64,000 nt of DNA. It comes from Candidatus Omnitrophota bacterium (GTDB lineage: Bacteria > Omnitrophota > Gorgyraeia > Gygaellales > Profunditerraquicolaceae). Position numbers and translations under genes: made by a program. Position 1 is the first letter of the stretch; the number at the start of each line of letters is the position of its first letter. The DNA is taken from NCBI GenBank assembly GCA_043813255.1, contig JBDRLG010000126.1:2882-66881 (forward strand). Reading direction: 5' to 3'. Shown here one piece after another: positions 56,633 to 64,000 of this stretch. The notes under the pieces were generated by a model, which saw only the letters and a program-made list of their open reading frames with translations, ran no database searches and was not told where the DNA came from.

Positions 56633-58278
56633 TTTATCTCCCATTTATGTGCTAAATAAACTGTCCCATGGTCTTGCTTGTTAAAAACCATTTGAAATGA
56701 ATAAATTCCATGCTGGCAGATTATGAATTTTTTATTTAGTTTGTCCCAAATTCCTGCTGAAATATTATATTTACCCGGCAACAAAGCTAATTTAGGGAAA
56801 AATATTTGGGAATTTTTATTATTGTTAATTCTATGGGTTATGCTTTGGCAATAAATTCCGTCATCTCTATAAATCCCTATCCAGAAATAAAGCTTTTTTT
56901 GATAAAGCAGGGTTATTTTACTAAAGTTAACAAGCATTCTGACAGGTTCGTTAGTTAAAAAAGTGTTTTTTTCTTTGTTAGCGCTGTTAAAGCATTTTAA
57001 AGAAATAGTTCCTGTTTTTTTAGGCTCAGGCGGATTGTCATTTCTGCGGTATGAGTTTTTGGCATAAGATATTTTGGCTGGAATGTTTAATAGCTCTTTT
57101 GGGTTATTTTCGCGGCCTTTTATAGTTAATTTGTAGCATCCATTATGATAATCATAGGCTATAGTTTCGTTTTTATCCCATACCGCTATGGATAGTTTAT
57201 ATTCTCCCGGAGCTAAAAGAATTTTTTTGTATTTTAAAATAAAATGTCTTTCTCCCGCGGTTATTTTGTTGATTTTATATCCATCAAATTCCGTATTAGG
57301 GCCGTAACAATATACCCCGTCATCCCTGAATATCGCGATTCCAAAATGGGGCTCTTTAATTTCATCTCTTACAGTAAAACGTACTTTAATACTTAAAGGT
57401 TCATGGCTTTTGATACTATATGTTTTGATCCCGAATTTATTAATGAATTCTACCGAGTTTATAATGGTTTCTTTAGTGCCGAATTTTTTGTTAAAATCAG
57501 AGATATCATCGGCCCATTTTTTTGTATTATCAAACAAAACAATATTATTAGATGCGGGACCTACAAAAAATTTTTCCGTATTAAGTAATCCGCGATACTT
57601 ATTTATCCCTTCAGCGGGACCTCCGTGGAATAATAATTTCCCATGGTCAAAAAGAGCGACATTGTCACATAGCCGTTCAATTAAATCCATGCTTTGCGTG
57701 GTTATTACGAGTGTTTTACCTGAATGTTTAAAGTCCATTAAGCGTTCATAACATTTACTTTGAAAGAGAGCGTCTCCTACGGCTAATATTTCATCAAGGA
57801 CTAAAATATCAAAGTCCAAATTAGCAATGATGCTAAATCCTAATCTAAGCCTCATTCCTTGTGAATAGCTGCCTAAGGGCATATTAATAAAATTTCCCAA
57901 TTCTGAAAATTCAATTATTGAATTTAGCTTATTTTCTAATTCTTCCCTTAAAGCCCCAAGTATAGCGCCGTTAAGGAATATATTTTCTTTACCTGTAAGT
58001 TCATCATGGAACCCAACACCTAAGTTGAATAATCCAATAATCTTGCCGTTAAGTTGAATTTCTCCTTGAGTAGGCGTCAGCACACCCGCAATAATATTCA
58101 AAAGAGTGGTTTTACCCGCGCCATTTCGGCCTATTATTCCTAGAATTTTTCCTTTATTCACTTCTAATGTTATATCTTTTAAAGCCCAGAAGTCTTTAAA
58201 TTGTTCTTTTATCTTTTTTTCTTCTGGTTTAACAATAGGATATTTTTTACTGATAGACTGGATTTTGATCATTTTCAA
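56629..58278 (-). CDS. wzt: Polysaccharide ABC exporter ATPase with two Wzt_C-like domains
   Basis: GRNGAGKTT, YSQGM, LDEILAVGD; RDDG(V/I)YC...L(A/L)PG.Y occurs twice. Confidence 0.9.
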   Translation of the reverse strand: MKMIKIQSISKKYPIVKPEEKKIKEQFKDFWALKDITLEVNKGKILGIIGRNGAGKTTLLNIIAGVLTPTQGEIQLNGKIIGLFNLGVGFHDELTGKENIFLNGAILGALREELENKLNSIIEFSELGNFINMPLGSYSQGMRLRLGFSIIANLDFDILVLDEILAVGDALFQSKCYERLMDFKHSGKTLVITTQSMDLIERLCDNVALFDHGKLLFHGGPAEGINKYRGLLNTEKFFVGPASNNIVLFDNTKKWADDISDFNKKFGTKETIINSVEFINKFGIKTYSIKSHEPLSIKVRFTVRDEIKEPHFGIAIFRDDGVYCYGPNTEFDGYKINKITAGERHFILKYKKILLAPGEYKLSIAVWDKNETIAYDYHNGCYKLTIKGRENNPKELLNIPAKISYAKNSYRRNDNPPEPKKTGTISLKCFNSANKEKNTFLTNEPVRMLVNFSKITLLYQKKLYFWIGIYRDDGIYCQSITHRINNNKNSQIFFPKLALLPGKYNISAGIWDKLNKKFIICQHGIYSFQMVFNKQDHGTVYLAHKWEIK

Positions 58279-59096
58279 TTAAAAAGGTATTCGTTTATCT
58301 TGTTTTTATATTTATTGTACAGGTAAAATCCTGTTAAAAATAAAAAAAGAGAAAAAACAATCGGCACAATAATTAGGCTAAAAATATTTATTTCTTTGCT
58401 TATTAAAGGAAAAAATCCTTTTAAAAGAGTACATCTATATAAATTCAGAATTCCCACAAAAGGATTATTTATGTATATGGAATATAAAAAAGGCGAAAAA
58501 GTAGTTTTAACTAGAGAAAGCGAATAAAAAACGGGTGTTAAATAGAATAAAAATAATAATAAAAATTCTATTATATATTTTGTATCACGCCATTTTAGAT
58601 ATAAAAGGGAAAAAATTAATGCCAAGCCTGTTATAATGGTTAAATGAATAAGTATCACCAATGGCAGGAATATTAAAAAAAGAGGCAGCCCTTTTAACAT
58701 TATCAGAGAAATAATTATTAAAATAGGCAAAGATGGGAGAAAAATAATCAAATTTGCCAGTATAATAGAAATAGGTATAAAATAATATGGAAATCTTGCT
58801 TCTTTTATTAAATTTTTATTATCTATCAGGCATGAAGTCGAACTTGTTATAGAGTCTTGAAAAAAACGCCAGGGAAATGTCGCGCTCATTAAATATAGAA
58901 TAAATGGCATCTCTTTGATTTGTATATTCAAAAACAAAGAAAAGACTAAATAAAAAATTATCGCGGTAAAAAATGGCGACAAAAATGCCCAAAGAAATCC
59001 TAAAAAAGGCCTTGAGTAACGCAGTTTTATATCTTTTAGGACTAACTCATAGATTAAATTTTTTCTTTCAAATATTTCTTGTATAATAGAAAACAT
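58275..59096 (-). CDS. wzm: Polysaccharide ABC exporter permease
   Basis: KLRYSRPFLGFLWAFLSP, WRD, YLTPVFY, NP. Confidence 0.9.
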   Translation of the reverse strand: MFSIIQEIFERKNLIYELVLKDIKLRYSRPFLGFLWAFLSPFFTAIIFYLVFSLFLNIQIKEMPFILYLMSATFPWRFFQDSITSSTSCLIDNKNLIKEARFPYYFIPISIILANLIIFLPSLPILIIISLIMLKGLPLFLIFLPLVILIHLTIITGLALIFSLLYLKWRDTKYIIEFLLLFLFYLTPVFYSLSLVKTTFSPFLYSIYINNPFVGILNLYRCTLLKGFFPLISKEINIFSLIIVPIVFSLFLFLTGFYLYNKYKNKINEYLFN

Positions 59097-59104
59097 AATA
59101 GACC

Positions 59105-60409
59105 TTATTTAGTGAATAGTTTAGAAACGTTTAAGCCTTCATAGATAGCGTCTTCCATTGACATGTATTTCCACGCCCCATAACGTCCGCAGGAGATAAT
59201 ATTATTTTTTTTAAGAAAATTAAGTATTATTTTCCTTGAAGCCGAATAATTACTGTCATAAACAGGGTAACCATATTTTATTTCATTCGCGTCTTGCGCG
59301 CAAATCCTATCATTTTTATATAGTATCCCAATTTTTTGTAAGTCTTTTTTAATAGAATTAGCCAATTCAGGTTTATTTATTAAAGAATGCCCGGGGCAAG
59401 CTGCCTCCGCGTATAGAGACATTTTTCCATTAGGTACAACACTAGAGGAAAAGTTATGATGGAAACCAACTCTAAAGAAAGAAATATCTTTTTGGGGAAA
59501 ATATACCCAATGTTTGTTTTCTAAACCGGCTTTCCTATCTATCCCTATGTTTAAATTAAAAATTGAGTTCCATTTTAATTTATTAAAAGCCATTCGTATC
59601 ATTGGAGGAATATCTTTAATTAAATGGGATAATTCCGGTAAAGGCATAGTACTAATTAAATAATCAAATTTTTCAGTATTGCCGGAGGCAGTTTTTATTT
59701 GTTTTTTTATTAGGTTAATTTCTGTTACCGGAGAGTTTGTTTTAATATGTTTTATTCTACGGCTTAAGGCCTGTGGGACACAGTTTATACCGCCGGTTTT
59801 AGGGTACCAAAAAACAGCATTGTAACCGTATTCTGTGCTATTTTTTTTTATAGCTCCTGCGATAATCTGTGTTAATGAAGGAACGGGTATATAATTCTCT
59901 AGCCATTCACAGGTCATATCTTTTAGAGGAACAGTCCAAAATTTATGATTATAGGGAATCATAAAATGTTTGGCTATTCCATTGCCTAAGGTATTATTTA
60001 TCCAATTTAAAAAATTATCACTATTTTTACCAGCCCGTTCCTCCCTTTTTGCATTAATAAATCCTGACAGGCATTCATTTTTAGCAGAAAGAGGTAATCC
60101 ATAAAGATTGGCTTGAAATGGATAAGGAATATATTCGCCTTCAAAATAAACAAAAGCATTCCTTTTGTGCTTAATCAGATTACTTTTAAGCAGGCTTTTG
60201 ATTAAGTTAAATGCGCGGCGATTCTTAAAATGCAATAGATGCCCGTCAAAGTCAAATATAAAGTTATTTATTTTTTTGGATCTGCATAGGCCCCCAACTT
60301 CTTCTTCTTTCTCAAAAATAAGGTAATTAAGTTTTTTATTTTGCAGCTCTCTTGCCAGAGTTAATCCGGTAAGCCCTGCGCCTATGATCAGTATTTTCTT
60401 TTTATGCAT
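59105..60409 (-). CDS. FAD-dependent oxidoreductase (UDP-galactopyranose mutase / HemY-like)
   Basis: GAGLTG, GGLCRS, FDFDGH, PYNHKFW, GRYGAWKYMSMED. Confidence 0.75.
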   Translation of the reverse strand: MHKKKILIIGAGLTGLTLARELQNKKLNYLIFEKEEEVGGLCRSKKINNFIFDFDGHLLHFKNRRAFNLIKSLLKSNLIKHKRNAFVYFEGEYIPYPFQANLYGLPLSAKNECLSGFINAKREERAGKNSDNFLNWINNTLGNGIAKHFMIPYNHKFWTVPLKDMTCEWLENYIPVPSLTQIIAGAIKKNSTEYGYNAVFWYPKTGGINCVPQALSRRIKHIKTNSPVTEINLIKKQIKTASGNTEKFDYLISTMPLPELSHLIKDIPPMIRMAFNKLKWNSIFNLNIGIDRKAGLENKHWVYFPQKDISFFRVGFHHNFSSSVVPNGKMSLYAEAACPGHSLINKPELANSIKKDLQKIGILYKNDRICAQDANEIKYGYPVYDSNYSASRKIILNFLKKNNIISCGRYGAWKYMSMEDAIYEGLNVSKLFTK

Positions 60410-61388
60410 TTAGATTTGTTTTTAGCATTTTATTGGCTAAAAATATGCTTAATAAAATTACTATTATGATTAATATAGCTGCCTGTAAATTAGAAATTTT
60501 AGTTATAATTACTCCGGAAATTGAAAAAAAAAGGCACCAGCCAAGCATAATTAAAAGCGTCTTTCTTTTTGAATAGTTAAAAGTGAGAAATCTTAATGCT
60601 AAATGGTCATTACTTTTTTTAAACGGTAATATATTTTTACTGGAGCGTATTAGTATTAAAAAAGCAGTATCAATGATAGGAAAACCCAGAATTACTAAAG
60701 GGCTAAAAATAGCTATGGAGTTATTTAAAGAAGCATAACTTATTTTTAAAGCTATAGCTGATAATACGAACCCTAAAAAATGGCTGCCGGAATTCCCCAT
60801 ATATATTTTGGCTGGAGGAAAATTAAAAATAAAAAATGCCAAAGTAGCTGCTGTTAAACATAGAGATAAGATCAGGGTGGTTATATTGATATTTAATATG
60901 GAAAGAATATAGAATGCTACGCATATAATAATTGCATTACCTGCTGTTAATCCGTCTAGTATGTCTAAATGGTTAAAAGCATTTGTAATCCCGATTATCC
61001 AGATATAAGTAATTATGATATTGATAGGCGCGCTGAAATAAATTATTTGTGTTTTAACCCCGAAAAATATCAAGAACGATGCCGCGATAAATTGTGAAAT
61101 AAACTTTACGGATATGGATAATTCATGAAAATCATCAATTATGCCAAAAACAAGCATTAGAAAAGAAGCAAATAATATCCCTAATATATCTTTATTTAAA
61201 GGCACATAAAAATTATTCGCATACAGGCAGCCTATAAGAAAAGACAAACAGATACTTATGCCTCCTATTAATGGAATGCCTTTGGAAATTAAGAGGTTAT
61301 ATTTTAAGGATATTTTTCTAAGTAAAATAACTAAAAAAATCCCTGAAAAGAAACTAATTATAATACTGCAAAGAAGATTAATTGGCAT
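60402..61388 (-). CDS. WecA/TagO-family polyprenyl-phosphate HexNAc-1-P transferase
   Basis: PLIGG, GIIDD, NAFNHLDILDGL, FNFPPAKIYMG, DHL. Confidence 0.85.
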   Translation of the reverse strand: MPINLLCSIIISFFSGIFLVILLRKISLKYNLLISKGIPLIGGISICLSFLIGCLYANNFYVPLNKDILGILFASFLMLVFGIIDDFHELSISVKFISQFIAASFLIFFGVKTQIIYFSAPINIIITYIWIIGITNAFNHLDILDGLTAGNAIIICVAFYILSILNINITTLILSLCLTAATLAFFIFNFPPAKIYMGNSGSHFLGFVLSAIALKISYASLNNSIAIFSPLVILGFPIIDTAFLILIRSSKNILPFKKSNDHLALRFLTFNYSKRKTLLIMLGWCLFFSISGVIITKISNLQAAILIIIVILLSIFLANKMLKTNLNA

Positions 61389-62523
61389 ATTGGGTTATTA
61401 ATTTATCATATAGTTCTTGGTTAGCTTTAATCATATTTTGGAGTTGAAAATCAGTATTTAAATAATTTTTTGCATTTTCCCCCATAGCCTCTCTTAGTTC
61501 TTTATTTTTCAATAAAGCAATTAATATTTCCACCATATTTTTTATGTCATGGGGTTTAACTAAAAAACCGGTTTTAGTTTGTTTTATTACTTCTTTTATC
61601 CCTCCTGTGTCAGTTGCTATAACAGGTTTAGACATCAACATTGCTTCTAATACTGATATGGGAAGGCCTTCCCATAATGATGTTAAAACAAAGATATCCA
61701 TGCTAGAAAGTATCTCCGGGATATCATGCCGCCATCCGGTTAATATTATGTTTTTCTCTAATTTGAATCTAGTGATTTCTTTATGTACTTTTTTTAATAA
61801 AATCCCATCCCCTACTAAAATAAATTTTATATTAGGTACTAATTTGAGCGTCAGATAAGCGAGTTTAATAAAATCTTGAGGGCATTTTTGTGGTTTCAGG
61901 CAGCTAATTGTACCTACAACAAGTTCATTGTCTTTTATCGCATTATTTGTTCTAAAAGATGATTCTTTGTTATTGAATTCGTTGAAATTAATGCCATAAC
62001 GGATAACTTGATATTTGTTGTCTTCTCCTATCTTATTATTCAGCCCCGTTTGTTTGTCGTGGTGAGAAACAACTATTATTTTATGGCTGAATTTAGCCAT
62101 AGCTTTTTCCAGATAAATATATATTTTTTTAGTTATAGAATGCTGAAAATCATTAAAACTCCATCCATGAACAGTATGGATAATAATTTTAACTTTAGCT
62201 AATTTTGCCGCTAAGCGGCCTAATATCCCTGCTTTTGAACTATGGGTATGAATTAATGTTATTTTATTTGTTTTGATAAAAAAATATAATTCAATTAAAG
62301 CCAATAGATCTTTAATAGGATGTATTGGCCGATCCAGGAAAATAGATCTTCTTATAATTATTTCTTTTCTTGTGATATGTTTTGAAAGTAATAATCCTTT
62401 TTGAGCGGTAAATATAAATATTTTATATTTATTCTTATCTAAATTATCTATTAAATTTAATACATGTTTTTGAGCCCCGCCCAATTCTAATTTAGTAATT
62501 ACAAAGAGTATATTAATCAACAT
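61378..62523 (-). CDS. GT4 glycosyltransferase
   Basis: GGAQK, HTHSSKAG, HTVHG, SLWEGLPISVLEAM. Confidence 0.92.
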   Translation of the reverse strand: MLINILFVITKLELGGAQKHVLNLIDNLDKNKYKIFIFTAQKGLLLSKHITRKEIIIRRSIFLDRPIHPIKDLLALIELYFFIKTNKITLIHTHSSKAGILGRLAAKLAKVKIIIHTVHGWSFNDFQHSITKKIYIYLEKAMAKFSHKIIVVSHHDKQTGLNNKIGEDNKYQVIRYGINFNEFNNKESSFRTNNAIKDNELVVGTISCLKPQKCPQDFIKLAYLTLKLVPNIKFILVGDGILLKKVHKEITRFKLEKNIILTGWRHDIPEILSSMDIFVLTSLWEGLPISVLEAMLMSKPVIATDTGGIKEVIKQTKTGFLVKPHDIKNMVEILIALLKNKELREAMGENAKNYLNTDFQLQNMIKANQELYDKLITQYAN

Positions 62524-62557
62524 ATGTATTATTATTATAATATTTAAATTTAAAAAT

Positions 62558-63685
62558 TCAAGTTATTATGGCCGGTTCAAGTAACATTTTTTCTCTGGCA
62601 TGAGCTACTTCGCAAAAATAATCAACCGGCATATCTAATGCTCCTGTTTCTAAATAAGAATGTGCGGGGCACCAGATACAGAGATTGAATAAAGGGCATA
62701 CATGGCATTTTTTTAGGAAATCTTTTTTTGTGGAACGGTTGTTTCTAACCTGCGGAACAAAATATTGCCAGGCTTGAAGAAGCGTCTCTTTTTTAAGATC
62801 AAGAATACAATCCGGGTGGCAAAGCGAAGAGCAGAGTTTAAAATAACCGTCATAACTTATTGTAAAACTTTTGGTTCCCGCGTCGCAATGAAAAATATGA
62901 TTACAGTTAAGATTAGCTAATTCAGGAATAATAAGATTATTACAATCTTTTTTTAAGGCTTGTTTACGTTCCGGATCATTTTGTTCTATAGTGATGATTT
63001 TTTTAGAATCCAGCCTTTCAGATTGTATCTCAGCGTTTCTTTTTTTATCTCCGTCAAAACGCATATGTAAAAAAGGATCAAAACGGAAATAGTCTTTAGT
63101 TCTTTTACGGCAAAATGCGCTAATTCTTGGTAATTCGTTAACATTTGAGCGTAAAGCCATCGCTTTAAAACGCGTTTTTATGCCGTTGCTAAGCAAAAGA
63201 TTTACTCCGGATAAAAAAGCATTGAAAGAACCTTTATTCCTGGTGACCTTTTCGTATGTTTCTTTAGTGGTGCCATATACAGTTATTTCAATATCTCTGG
63301 GAGGATACTTTTTAAAAAATTCTATATGTTTTGCAGTGAGCAAGGTGGCATTGGTAAAAACCGAGATCAGTAATCCTTTTTTCTTTAAATAAAGATAAAT
63401 ATCAAAAAAATCCTCTCTTAACAATGGCTCTCCCCCGGTAAGAAGGCACCATAATGCCCCTAAATCTACAGTTTGATCAACTATATTTTTTATCTCGAGC
63501 AATGTAAGTTCTTTCTTTTTTACTTGTTTATCATTTGACGGCAGGTTAATATAGCAATGCCGGCAATTATTATTACACCGCGCGGTTAATTCCAGATCAA
63601 AAGAAATAAGCTGTCTTTTATTATGGATTGGTTTTAAAAAATCTGATTTTGGTAATTTAATTTGTTTTACGAAAGAAACCGGCAT
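62558..63685 (-). CDS. Radical SAM/SPASM protein (peptide-maturase-like)
   Basis: ELTARCNNNCRHCY, TGGEP; CDAG...C...CHVC..FNLCIWCPAH...FC. Confidence 0.88.
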   Translation of the reverse strand: MPVSFVKQIKLPKSDFLKPIHNKRQLISFDLELTARCNNNCRHCYINLPSNDKQVKKKELTLLEIKNIVDQTVDLGALWCLLTGGEPLLREDFFDIYLYLKKKGLLISVFTNATLLTAKHIEFFKKYPPRDIEITVYGTTKETYEKVTRNKGSFNAFLSGVNLLLSNGIKTRFKAMALRSNVNELPRISAFCRKRTKDYFRFDPFLHMRFDGDKKRNAEIQSERLDSKKIITIEQNDPERKQALKKDCNNLIIPELANLNCNHIFHCDAGTKSFTISYDGYFKLCSSLCHPDCILDLKKETLLQAWQYFVPQVRNNRSTKKDFLKKCHVCPLFNLCIWCPAHSYLETGALDMPVDYFCEVAHAREKMLLEPAIIT

Positions 63686-64000
63686 TTGATAAATCTCCTT
63701 AGAGAATACGGGATTAATTGACTCAAAGAATGCAGTAAAGATAAAACTCCTATTTTGCTTAAAAAAGCAATAAATACTCGTTCCGGGCCTAATCCTAAAA
63801 GTATAGTTTTATTGTTTCTCTTTATTAATGTTACGCAGCCTAAAATATGCCTTTTGTCGATAAGAAAATCAGGTTTAGTGATATTATCGCCTTTTATCAA
63901 GTAATAGCTTTTTTTTCTTGCTACTATACGATGTAATAATAGTTTTTTATGCGTAGGACAGACGCAAGCCACAACTTTGCCTAACCCGAGCGATGAATGC
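63667..64000 (-). CDS. S24/S26 peptidase-like protein, 5' end outside the window
   Basis: Frame is open to the window edge: ...GKVVAC...LLLHRIV...LIKGDN...ILGCV. Confidence 0.7.
   Translation of the reverse strand, partial: HSSLGLGKVVACVCPTHKKLLLHRIVARKKSYYLIKGDNITKPDFLIDKRHILGCVTLIKRNNKTILLGLGPERVFIAFLSKIGVLSLLHSLSQLIPYSLRRFIKCRFLS

Noticed and set aside
59105-60409. hemY protoporphyrinogen oxidase call
   Set aside because: Its position between the wecA-like gene and wzm favours a sugar-nucleotide mutase-like role; no gene symbol assigned
625-63392. Many short ORFs antisense to or overlapping the long genes (e.g. 2828-3250, 5513-5887, 14156-14683, 54034-54468)
   Set aside because: Shadow frames of well-supported genes with no recognisable motifs

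Overview
AT-rich (roughly 30% GC by eye) bacterial chromosomal region, almost all on the minus strand. The secretin, WaaL-like and Wzm/Wzt genes indicate a diderm. The gene mix reminds me of Candidatus Omnitrophota genomes, but this is unverified. From left to right: (1) a cobalamin-riboswitch-controlled BtuF/BtuC-type uptake operon and cobO/btuR; (2) pcm, a glycolipid trio (GT2, LpxL/PatA-type acyltransferase, UgtP/MGDG-synthase-like), HD-GYP, receiver protein and an ExeA/GspC/secretin trio whose secretin ends in a TonB_C-like domain; (3) a divergent WaaL-like + radical SAM pair; (4) a ~36 kb block (15.6-51.4 kb) with nine GT-C-like polytopic membrane proteins in paralog sets, four paralogous twitch-type radical SAM enzymes, two B12-binding radical SAM enzymes, a YdjC/HpnK deacetylase, an ArnC-like GT2, a DegT aminotransferase, a carbamoyltransferase, a glutaminase-dead AsnB-like ligase, two SGNH proteins and a flippase-like protein; (5) a WecA/Wzm/Wzt polysaccharide locus with a multidomain GT carrying a coiled-coil repeat; (6) the tail of an S26-like peptidase + radical SAM/SPASM cassette. 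Block 4 is the best candidate for an undescribed system: radical-SAM tailoring of lipid-linked sugars feeding an expanded GT-C array. All calls come from motif reading, not database searches. No tRNA, rRNA, CRISPR array or transposase was seen.
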